Below are positions 39,201 to 47,103 of a stretch of DNA of 64,000 nt, piece after piece. The notes beneath the pieces were generated by a model that was given only the letters and a program-made list of their open reading frames with translations, was not told where the DNA came from and ran no database searches. Made by a program: the position numbers and the translations under genes. The stretch's first letter is position 1. Each line of letters opens with the position of its first letter. The stretch is from Takakia lepidozioides (lineage: Eukaryota; Plantae; Bryophyta), in assembly GCA_030704615.1 (NCBI GenBank), contig CM060733.1:1116001-1180000 (forward strand), in the 5' to 3' direction.

Positions 39201-42200
39201 GCAGCATAGGTCTCGTAATTCCAGGATTCCCCAAACTCAAATAGCGGCCGATGCTCCTCAAACATCTGAATGGAGTAGATCATAATTCATGAGTTATGGC
39301 CACTGGCAGCAGGTTGGGGAAAGGCAAGGAGAGCATGGACAACCTGATATGTGTTGGGTCCACCAACTTGTAGACTATACTAGCAGCTACTACAGCACTT
39401 AAATACAACCCAGAGATTTGCAACCCACGACCCAAAGTAAACGAATCAATTCATTATGTCAAGGGGAGGCCTATATGAGAAAGAACAAGAATACAGATTC
39501 TGAGTGTTCAAAACATAACAGGGTGAATATGATTCCAAAAGATCTGCAGGCCGGTAAAACAGTGACACGGTGCCATGATGAATTTGAAATGTAGGTTTCA
39601 ACCCAATCACAACATGCCAGGGACACTGCAGTACTCACTTGTGCATATGTGCGGGCTTCAGCAAAGTCCAACTTCACCACTGTATATATTCTCTCACGCA
39701 CCAGCGAAAAATATGAGTTTCCCTTTATAATATTTATGGGAGGCATACCCGTGAATTTTACTGCAAAGAACTGCAAGAAAACCCGCATGTACAGTATCCG
39801 TGGTGCTGCTTGCACTATCTGGAGGAGCCCTTCAATAGTATTGTGTAAAGCCTGCCGAGAAAGCAAGAGAGAAAAAAGTCACACAGTTCACCCTGCACAA
39901 ATATCTGCTTCATTTGCTTCCTCAGGCCTTTCCCATCCAAACAACTCCCTAAGACCAACTGACATTCATGTTGGTAGCATGTACAGATTGCTCTGCAGAC
40001 AAGCTAACAAGAGCTTTATCCTCTGGTTAAGTGATTAGAACAATATAAGATATAAGTTGGTTAGGTGGTTAGGGCGTTGCAAGCTTACAATGATATTGTT
40101 CCTTTCAAAGATGACAATATGCAATGAGAGCTGAAATTCCTAGTCAAATTTCTCCCATTGTTCTGTGAAAGAAAGTACAAATGATGGAAACAAGTGTCAG
40201 AAACTCCCAGAAGCCTATATGCACACTGTGTCCCAGCACAAAGAAAGAAATGAAGCACTGACCTAGCTATAGAGACCTACTGGGTTTGGCTTATTTGACC
40301 AAAATCCAATTGTTAAAGTTACTTACCATTAAAATGTCAGGTTCATCTGGGGTAAATAAGATGGCAGTCGGGCCGAACGAGACAGCAGTTAAAAACACAC
40401 CCTTGGCCGATTTCTCCATGCCTGACCTGCAGCACTCAAGCATGCCCAACAACTCCTCCGTTGAAGTAATACAGCGATGGCTTAAATTTTCCACAAAAAT
40501 GTAATCAGCGAGGCGGATAAAATTGCCCAGCATTTTCTCTTCCGCCACTACCCGTCGATATGTTTTTGCTCTCTCAATTTTTTCAGCCTTGATGCTGACC
40601 ATGCTTTGTACCTTGCTCTTGCCCGTTGCATGCAGATTGACTCCCACTGTGTCATCCAGCTCTGCCTCATCCCTCACACTTTCCTGCAAAAAATCCCAAA
40701 ATCATAAGTCCCTTGTACCCCAATAGAGGTTTATTGATTGGAATTGGCTGTTCTAACACGCCACCAGACGTTGCAACCTAGGTAAGTATCCACATGTAGA
40801 CAGCTTCCCTGAGAACATGGGGGCTGCAAACTCCTGTTTGCACTTTGCTTAGAGGGTCAACTTTGAGGTGGTGAAGCCCTCCACTCCATGATTGATTCGA
40901 TGGATCTAAACAGTGCTTCCAGTGGTAGTTTCAGAGGATGTGCAGTTTGGTTCTTCCAGGTTCTTGCAGATCCAGCTGCTGGTGTGATTTTAGTTGCTGG
41001 CTGGCCTCGTTGGTTCTAACATAGTTTGTCTTCCCATACTTTCAGGCTCAATCTTAGCACTAAGAGACTGAGACAACATGGTCTTCCAGTGGTTTGAAAT
41101 CAGGATGCTGTTGTCTTTGAGTGCGAGGAAGTACCCTTGTAGTGCTGTAGCTTTGCAATAGGGGAGAAGGAAAGAAATGAAATGGTCCTTTATAACGTCC
41201 GCGGGAAGCTCATAGAGCTTATGGGACAAGAAAACATGAGAGAGGAAACAAAAACCAGAGCCAGAGATAAAAACTATTGTTCGAGTGATTGTCTAAGGGT
41301 GAGTGCCTCGTGCAGGTAAGCTGCCAGGCATTTCTGATCTTCATAAAAGACAAGAGAAAGAAACATCATAACATCCACAGAAGAGAAATTACCCGATAGA
41401 TCTGAGCCTGCTGCTTGGCCTCCTCACAGATTTTTGAAAGCACAAGCTGTACCTTTTCAGCAATTGCATCGACGTCTGGAGTGGCCTTGTGCTTCTGTAG
41501 CTCATTCTGAAGGTGCGAAAACTCATCTAGATTGTGTAAATGGTTGTAAGAAACATAGACCAAGGGGAGCTCTGTCAATTCGTAAATGAAACCAAAAATC
41601 TTCATCAAGGCCCCCATAAATTGAGGCTTAGCGAAAAAGAATTTTTTGATTAGTGAAGATCGTACGCGTAGGAACTTCCGCTGCCCCACATACTTCTTCC
41701 AGATGTTGTATGCCTTTTGGATCAGGTATTGACCAAAAAAGGGTATGCGGCGAAGAAGGGAAAATACATATTTTTCACGCATATACTCTTCCAAAGGTTG
41801 ATAGCTGCTCTCTTGCACCATTCCTGGCAAGTCGCACACCTGAAGAGCTGTTAGTCTCATCTTAAGTGCTGTTGGCTATGTTTGTAAGAGGCATGACTAA
41901 GTTTTTCCATAAACCGAACATGACAGCCTCACAAACAGTTCCAGAAGTCTATCCAGTTTACCATGGAAAACAAATTTTGATATATTTGCCTATTCCCAAA
42001 GAGAAGGTTTCCACTGTTTGAAGACAGGACCATTATTTTTCACCATCCGGATCCCTCAAAGGTCATCCAAGCATGTAACCGGTTAGTCTCCGGCACAGCA
42101 ACAGCTGACGAGCCCAACAGAAGTTATAAGCCCACAGTCATAGAAGAGGCAAATGACCAAAAAAAAAGTATGACGCCTCCTGAAGGAAGCGAAAAATATG

Positions 42201-44668
42201 GTATCCCTTGACCTCGAAGGGCTACTGTCTTCCGGCAGGAAGGTGGACACCTTTGTGACACCAATCGGTGGATTGAACCCGCAACCACTTCGGAGTGGTA
42301 TGTGCCGATTACCCCTGGGCTACAACTTGGTGGTGGCAAATGACACACAGTCTAGCACAATGAGAAACAGACATCGATCTCTTCCACCTGACTAAAACCC
42401 TACCGATAATTAGGGAGCTCCTAGCAGTGGCAGTAAAGGCTAGGGTGGAGGCCATGAGAAAGTGCTGGAGAAACCATTCCAGGTTTCACTAGATCTTGAA
42501 AAAAGCAAACAAATCAAAGTTTCCTACCCCCTTTCCAGGCAGATGAACACTAACTAACTCCTAGCAGACACAGAATAGCTTCTCTTCGGATTACGACATC
42601 GAGGCTACTTATCAATGTATCTTACCCTTGCCTCGTCAACCCCATCCCTGAAGGTCTATCTGCATTAGGTACTGTAGGGCACCATCACGAAGTTTTGAAG
42701 CCAGTAGGATAATTATTGTGGGCATTTGGCTAGGTTGGCAATTAGCAAGCACTTACCAGGGCCAGGTGCAATATGAACAACACCAGTGTTGGAGATGCTA
42801 AAATATTCGTCATTGACCTCCTCTCTTCCAACCACCACCAAATCATAGGGCTTATACTCAGCAATGCCAGTCTCTGCCAGGTTGCAGTAGAAAAACTTCA
42901 CTCGGGCTTGACCCTCATGCTCTGCAAAGAAGTGGACTGCTCGATCACCCGTCTTTATGTGTTCCAGCTTCAGGTCAGTTATTTCATCAACCTAGGCAAC
43001 AGTGAAGGGAACTATCTCAGCCACTCATTGATTGAGTTTCAAGACAAGTACCATTCAGCAGAATAAACAGGGAAGGATGGGAAGTGAGATGCAACCACAC
43101 TTCGACAAACAGTACGAGTGACAAGGAGTTGAAGTACAAAAAGAGCTGGAAAGGCAAGGAGGCCCAGAGCCGGGATGTGCGAGGAGTGGAACAGTATGAT
43201 ATGCAAAGCAAACTCTACAAACCCTCCAGTAAAGGACAGTTTGGTGTTGGAAGGGCTGGCAAGCTAACTAACACTGGCTACCCAGACACTCCCAACCGCT
43301 GTGCATGGAAGTCAACAAGTCAGCACAACAAGTCAGCACCTGAACTTGGCAAATTGATCTCAACGGATGAAAACGATTGGAAGATTATTCAGGTGTTGTT
43401 ACCCTTGATTTTCCTTTCTCATCAGCAGTGGATGCTCGTGGACTTTTGGTGGCCTTCTTGCGGGGTTCTGAGACTGGGGCACTGTGAAAAGACAACTATC
43501 AGGTCATATTAGACTATGCCACTCAAACAGATAATTTCAACTCCATTCCTCTGCTTGGATCTCCTGCAGTTCTAAGACCAGAGGTGCTTAGCAATCTACA
43601 TTCATGAACACAGGAACTTCCCAAGTCTGACAGAATTCCTTTCTCCCTTACTTGAGTTTTGACTCTAGAATCTTGTATAGACATTGTTTTTGTCCCATAC
43701 ACCACTTTTTGGTTCCCTCTTCCTATTATAAGGTGGTACTTAGTTTCACCGATCAGGAAGACGACTTGAGTCATGTGTGACAACAAACAGTTGACTGCCA
43801 AGCCTCACGCTGAGATGTTACAGTTTTCAACAATCCAGAGACTGCCATGGCTAAGCAACTTACATGATACATAATATGCTTGTTTCTGCACATTTACCAA
43901 AGGACGACCAATGTCGTTCCATAGTATACCCAAGTAAACGTGCTCACCTGAACTAACTAGTGGCAACAACTGGGGACATTACCTCGATGCTCGCTTCAAT
44001 TTAGCCTTGACTTGGTCCCTCTGGACATCAACTTGATCTCTCAAGACATCCCTCCACCCGCATAAGTCAGGGTACGCTACTTTGATTTCTCTCTCACTGA
44101 GAATCCCAAAATTCTTGGCTATGGCAGCTTCCACCCCGATTGGCACAGGTTCTGAAGGCTGCCACAGTGTTGCACCCCCAATACCATCCTCTCTCTTTCT
44201 CAATCGCCTTGTGGGCATCTTATACAGTAGCTCCAGCTCCTCTGGTGGTGGCACAGCATGAGCCGAAGCCTCCTTAACCACCGACTCATCTGGGTGCCAC
44301 GAACGATAACGCCCAATGCGGGTCCGCAATTCAGCTGTGGGATCTGCCAACTTCTCTCCAATCTGCCCATCGATGTCGCTTGCATTTCCCCTCTGCACTC
44401 CCTGCGGCCTCTCGATATTTACAGGAATATTTGGACCCCAGCTCGTTGAGGATTTCGAACTCTCTGGGGATGAGTTTCTTTCTTGAGGAGCCTTTCGTTT
44501 GGGAGCACGGATATGGCTGGGTAGGGCGGGATCATGGTGTTGGAAGCCCACCTTTTTGTCCAATTCGACAACCTTCCCTATCATGCCAGCAACTATGGCC
44601 GCTGATTGGGCTGCTGGCAGGATGGGAACTCCCTTCCTAGGGTTTTCACTTGCCCCTTTTCTCTCCAT
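3210..44668 (-). CDS. Axonemal inner-arm (single-headed) dynein heavy chain, 41 exons in window, 3' end beyond the left edge
   Basis: Exons assembled by hand with GT/GC-AG borders and consistent phase: 44668-43983, 43481-43403, 42991-42757, 41823-41393, 40683-40327, 39851-39639, 39265-39114, 38888-38684, 38367-37963, 36674-36420, 36105-35953, 35310-35050, 34155-33892, 33308-33057, 32584-32097, 31809-31707, 31352-31194, 30470-30240, 28878-28375, 27016-26744, 26506-25568, 25122-24925, 24448-24236, 23980-23733, 19297-19006, 16107-15937, 15506-15270, 14809-14711, 14459-14352, 13753-13610, 11182-10784, 10185-9856, 9585-9404, 9006-8802, 8526-8347, 7580-7335, 6521-6372, 5653-4864, 4637-4542, 4008-3851, 3448-3210 (11,330 nt). 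Motifs: [16 protein letters not shown] linker; AAA1 [34 protein letters not shown]; AAA2 [32 protein letters not shown]; AAA3 GGTGTGKT; AAA4 GVGGSGRQ; stalk/MTBD; AAA5 [11 protein letters not shown]; AAA6 [20 protein letters not shown]. The start codon is uncertain because a possible acceptor lies just upstream of 44668. Confidence 0.95.
4047..4321. other. CpG-rich, highly self-complementary intronic insert (putative non-autonomous TE or structured RNA)
   Basis: Stems 4052-4068/4193-4208, 4113-4121/4170-4178, 4213-4228/4299-4314 (16 bp perfect) and 4241-4251/4281-4291. Flanked by ACACT at 4047-4051 and 4317-4321. Confidence 0.55.
6700..6822 (-). mobile_element. Family-A LINE 3' fragment
   Basis: Reverse complement of the 3' UTR (cataagctctttgagcttcc...gacgttataaagtaccatttc) with a (CATTT)n tail. 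Confidence 0.8.
7885..8161 (+). mobile_element. Family-A LINE 3' fragment
   Basis: Encodes [30 protein letters not shown]...LRQSLGQ, followed by the 3' UTR and CATTT tail. Confidence 0.85.
11700..13092 (-). mobile_element. Degenerate Ty3/gypsy (chromovirus-like) LTR retrotransposon relic
   Basis: Diverged direct repeats at about 11713-11826 and 12971-13091 (shared tccctaaccaagtctt). PPT-like aaggggaagagag on the minus strand next to the left repeat. Minus-strand remnants [22 protein letters not shown] (integrase C-terminus) and [17 protein letters not shown] (chromodomain). Confidence 0.65.
13218..13506 (-). mobile_element. Family-B LINE, 5'-truncated copy with 15-bp TSD
   Basis: Matches the 3' end of the 20181-23041 copy. 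TSD agttaaggaataaga at 13203-13217 and 13507-13521. Confidence 0.9.
14878..14984 (-). mobile_element. Family-B LINE, very short 3' copy with 15-bp TSD
   Basis: About 107 bp of the family-B 3' end. TSD tgtcaca(c/t)gaataga at 14863-14877 and 14985-14999. Confidence 0.85.
16664..17661 (+). mobile_element. Family-B LINE, 5'-truncated 1-kb copy nested in a family-A 3' UTR
   Basis: Nearly identical to 22045-23041, apart from a small indel near 17197. TSD tctttcttcctctt at 16650-16663 and 17662-17675. The host family-A sequence lies on both sides (16598-16663 and 17676-17765). Confidence 0.92.
17676..17836 (+). mobile_element. Two stacked family-A LINE 3' ends with (CATTT)n tails
   Basis: cccataagctc-N3-gag...ggac(g/a)ttat(g/a)aagtaccatttc occurs twice in tandem (17712-17763 and 17769-17835). 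Confidence 0.8.
17842..17986 (+). mobile_element. tRNA-derived SINE copy
   Basis: A-box-like (c)agcccagtgg and B box ggttcaatcc. Homologous to 27430-27580. Confidence 0.7.
18066..18605 (+). mobile_element. Family-B LINE, 5'-truncated older copy with 13-bp TSD
   Basis: Encodes [16 protein letters not shown]...[13 protein letters not shown] tgtttggggtttg at 18045-18057 and 18606-18618. Confidence 0.9.
19590..19880 (-). mobile_element. Highly diverged relative of the family-B LINE C-terminus
   Basis: [33 protein letters not shown] aligns with family-[34 protein letters not shown]. Confidence 0.6.
20181..23041 (+). mobile_element. Family-B LINE, young 2.86-kb 5'-truncated copy with 15-bp TSD
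   Basis: Uninterrupted ORF2. Truncated at the C-terminal (S)DH motif of the APE domain ([10 protein letters not shown] starting at 20183). TSD tctatcattccaacc at 20166-20180 and 23042-23056. Confidence 0.95.
20237..23035 (+). CDS. LINE ORF2 reverse transcriptase (N-terminally truncated, endonuclease missing)
   Basis: 932-aa ORF with [57 protein letters not shown] and a C-terminal CPLCG...HFLIHCP zinc knuckle. Confidence 0.92.
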   Translation: MKRSIRKWRIEKFHNEEVKAEYVQALQEALPHFVQSLQELQSHSVNARNEVERAVDSWESFVSSVADKIIGRKLIVCGRAVNWWTNEIKLKIAERRALYKECCNLETNRELWARYYQLRKDINQLVRSQKKLYWDKLYSEINSNHHGGNDKKFWLALQRLYKPKNGQQVQALKTTKGAVVTSSVDIVKTFETHYSILGRTSRSNSEGSSAEWRDTVGKTVPMIQNSPDELEYISMAYNAHISSSEIVEAIEHLNGYKAGGPDGIVNELIKHGGDPMIEALVLLFNLIWKTEMIPFRWRQGVIVNLYKKGDREEPGNYRGITLLNAVGKTFCRVISTRLEVDLESRGCFHEGQAGFRRNRGCVDHIFTLSQIIQGRKKEGKPTYVFFLDVKKAYDTVWRDGLWFRLWSCGIKGKMWRVVHNLYAHTKSCVTVNGQKSNFFDIDQGVAQGCTLSPLLFNVFINQLLEDVESEGFGLRVGDTTIPALMFADDFAGIGETPTNLQELIDCVKRYFDLWGLEANVSKCAVVAFNDRGEGGSDLKWQWGSQEIPVLPSYTYLGVEFYSNCNWDAHIRKVVQTGKGKALGLTKFFHCRGVNSEVKKTMLRRVIRPALEYGSAIWVDNSNQAKSLESIQVGVLKECMSACSKTANVAVRGEFGIPSLSSRRDEFKVRWWGQLQHMPNTRYPKLIDSISWKQDRPVKQAKSWQKRVEEILKDLDLDPQVLTLLDKSDLEAVVSSAMSVAMRLSDENEVRQKTSLNLFPVCDMGEDILDDLKGLPTLGTRLKFKLRAGSLPLNSKQKQRGKGECNCPLCGQSEDSIHFLIHCPGFSHQRDALFKSIKGIVPVPLFTNFESLEAEPKAQALLRPSFWANHTQQIDACVKGFLEDIWKTRINSLYGGKSYYQRQPLTEVGSVPFVPAQTGRGVNGHKATANNVL
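23057..23640 (+). mobile_element. Older family-B LINE 3' copy in tandem with the young copy
   Basis: Diverged, frameshifted and internally deleted. Ends in gtcttatgagtacat and is followed by tctatcgttccaacc (23641-23655). Confidence 0.88.
24518..24796 (-). mobile_element. Family-A LINE 3' fragment
   Basis: Reverse complement of the [16 protein letters not shown] region, 3' UTR and (CATTT)n tail. Confidence 0.85.
27120..27426 (+). mobile_element. Family-A LINE 3' fragment (young)
   Basis: Near-identical to the reverse complement of 37185-37487. Confidence 0.88.
27430..27624 (+). mobile_element. tRNA-derived SINE ending in the family-A LINE tail
   Basis: A box tagcccagtgg, B box ggttcaatcc, 3' end ggacgttataaagtaccatttcatttc. 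Flanked by catttctct at 27421-27429 and 27625-27633. Confidence 0.75.
30631..31033 (-). mobile_element. Family-B LINE, young 5'-truncated copy
   Basis: Essentially identical to 22638-23041. TSD aagttcaga at 30622-30630 and 31039-31047, with 5 extra nucleotides at the 5' junction. Confidence 0.92.
34525..34878 (-). mobile_element. Complete TRIM (non-autonomous LTR retrotransposon) with tRNA-derived sequence in both LTRs (Helenus-like)
   Basis: LTRs at 34525-34669 and 34745-34878, both TGTTGGA...TCCAACA. PBS tggtatcagagcc (iMet) on the minus strand at 34744-34732. PPT tgagggggag at 34679-34670. 5-bp TSD aaaac at 34520-34524 and 34879-34883. Confidence 0.93.
34547..34617 (-). promoter_or_regulatory. 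tRNA-like Pol III internal promoter (A and B boxes) in the TRIM LTR; second copy at 34767-34837
   Basis: Minus strand reads ggacggg-ta-gctcagtggtagagc-a-ccccacctgaatggggg-aggtc-ctaggttcaatccctag-cccgaac, a cloverleaf with intact D and T arms and a degenerate anticodon loop. Confidence 0.8.
36885..37800 (-). mobile_element. Cluster of three family-A LINE 3' ends (longest 37178-37800)
   Basis: ORF 37285-37833 has [20 protein letters not shown] and [13 protein letters not shown]. (CATTT)n tails at about 36890, 37140 and 37180. Confidence 0.88.
41172..41345 (-). mobile_element. Family-A LINE 3' fragment
   Basis: Reverse complement of [23 protein letters not shown], the 3' UTR and the tail. Confidence 0.82.
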
Positions 44669-45375
44669 TTCTTCAGCTGCAGATTGGTAAGGTGTAGATA
44701 CACTTCGCTAGTAGAAGTGAGGTACCGAGCGTGGAACGATGGGAATGAGCGTATGAAAAAATAAACGGTTACATGGGAAATCCACCCATTGAGTTTCTGA
44801 CAACACACAATCCTGGACCTTAATTTGGATGTGAATAAGGCATGAATGCAGACCGGCAAACTCAGTGAAAAACCAACACATGGTGACAACTGAAAGGATC
44901 AATCTTCAAGGGCTCGACTGTATTTGCATCCCTAATCCAAATTGAAAGTTCCCTCAAATTTTTCAAGCAAGCAAGAGCCAAAATCTACCGAGTACAACTA
45001 AAATTGACAGGAGACCAAAAAGGGTGAAGGAAGGCAGGATAACATAGTTATCCAGTGTCACTCTTCGTTGGCAAAAGAGAGTCCAGATTGATGCCAGCAG
45101 TTGATCTGAGGACTGCTAATTCGTCTAAGAAACTCGAAGAGGATAGGAATTTAGACGATAAGACCGATAAGAATTTAGAAGCATGTTTTTCTACAGTCCA
45201 GGAATCTCTGGCCTTCCTAGCTCAACAAGCCGAATACGGTCGAGTGACGGGGCAAATGCAGATGCAGCCTCCCGATGTTCCTATCAGTTTTAAGGTGGAG
45301 CTTGTTGCTGAGGCTGAAAGGTGTCATCTCTTCCCCAGAAGAAAACCTACTCAGCTTCACCCTCTCAAACTTCAC

Positions 45376-45379
<4 letters not shown>

Positions 45380-45414
<35 letters not shown>
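45380..45414. repeat. (CT)n microsatellite; a shorter one at about 46336-46357
   Basis: Seen directly in the sequence. Confidence 0.9.
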
Positions 45415-45420
<6 letters not shown>

Positions 45421-46257
45421 GGGTAATAAGATCCCTCTCTTGGGATTTTAAAAATAAACATGTCCCCTCTTGCCCTCTTGCCTAAGTTACCAGCGATGGG
45501 CACTCTCTTTCTTTGGATGTGTGTGTGTGCCCCTGAGGATGGGAGGGTGATAAAGAATCCGTGGTCTTGGGAGAGGGGACAGTTGACAGTTGACACATGG
45601 ATGCTTGTTAGGGCAAGCGTGCTCATCGAAAATCCCACAAACAGGGAAAGAGGTCACCAGGAGGACAACTGACTGTTTGTATGCAAAGCACAGACTCTCT
45701 CCGTTTGCTCAATCTGGTTACAAATATTATCACGGTCAGGGGGAGACGGTCACGGGCAGGAAGGAAACAAAAGTTGTATCGGCTGAACGGCCAGCAATTT
45801 CAGGCGGTCATGCTGGGCGGGGCGGGACGCGGGCGGATGCGGGCAGGACACAACACAAATTTTGTAAAACATAAACTTAATCTGTCGAGGCCCATATACA
45901 TTCAGAGTTGTCAAAAGGAGGTTTGACCGACAATACAGCAATGTTTTGGAGCATCCAATTGTGAAGCTCAGCTTATGAACACATAACTCTTGGTTGCTCA
46001 ATGTTGCCCAGCAGAATACTAGACTAGAACAGATGTTCAACTGCTGGGTACAACATCGAAGGGATGAACATATTGTCTGTGGCATATCCGCATCCACAAC
46101 AAACAAATTTCTGCAACACCATAACAAACTGTAATGAATAGAAGCGCAGGACTTCAAAAAAATCGTCCCCTACTCGAGTGCATTTGGTCATGTAGCTTTC
46201 GCGGTTTGGCAATGTAGGTAGCTACATAGAAAGAAGATCACGAACAACAAAACCCTG

Positions 46258-46552
46258 TGGATCTGAAGGGCTTGCGCCAGGTCTGCCATAGCCAGCACAA
46301 CAAAAACGTATCAGCCCTCCCACATAAGCCCTGCTTCTCTCTCTCTCTCTCTCTCTCCTTGAATGTGGATACGTTCTTTGTAACAACACTCAAGAACTGC
46401 CTGATCCCTCTGGCTCTTTCTCCATCCTTGAACATACAGGACATACAGGCTCTCTCTCTCTCTTGTCAATGCGGGCTGTCTAAACACAATATCCATTCTC
46501 TGATACAATGTCCAGAGAATTCTCATCGAAGAGTGACCCTCTTCAGGATCGA
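46258..46552 (+). mobile_element. Highly diverged family-B-related LINE fragment
   Basis: DLKGL...CQCGLSKHNIHSLIQCPENSHRRVTLFR resembles DLKGL...[29 protein letters not shown]. Confidence 0.45.
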
Positions 46553-47103
46553 TAGTCTCACAGCTTGATTTGCTCCTTTGTTTCTGATTCTACTGTGTAA
46601 TTCTATCGCTTCCAGCAGGCCTCCAGAACCCCATGGATCTAATTGATTTCTTCTTTCTCTGCTCTCCATTCTTCAAGAAAGAATGAAGAGGATGGGGACA
46701 CACTCCCAGGTCAAACTGTATTACAGAACATCTTCCCAGAACACCTCAGCAAAGTCAAGAAAAGCCATGATGGCCAGACTCAAAGCATTCCTGTATGGAT
46801 CAGGAGCCTCCAGGTTACCAAAGCTCTGCTCAAAGTGCAGGATTCCCCCCAGCCAGCCAGCGCCCACCATCCCCTGGCCCTCTCTCACTGGGTCCTCAGC
46901 AAAAACCCAACGACAATCTATCGAAACTGCTTACCCTCAAACAACTATAGGCCATGCGATGTGCCGGATATGCATTATTGACTCCCACCAGCAAGCATCT
47001 CTGCTGGCCCTACAAGCTGGGATTTCATTCTCCTGCAGGTTTGGGAACAAAATGAGCATTTTTGCAATAAACAAAGAAAAAGGTGCATTGGGAGTTAACA
47101 AAC

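Noticed and set aside
42100-42135. Hammerhead ribozyme core (ctgacgag); also ctgatgag at 54143
   Set aside because: No stem II followed by GAAA, and no stem III/UH cleavage site can be formed.
4962-44690. Numerous plus-strand ORFs overlapping dynein exons
   Set aside because: These are antisense shadows of the real exons.
45055-45426. 123-aa ORF divergent from the dynein
   Set aside because: No recognisable motif, it runs into a (CT)n microsatellite, and no supporting exons were found.
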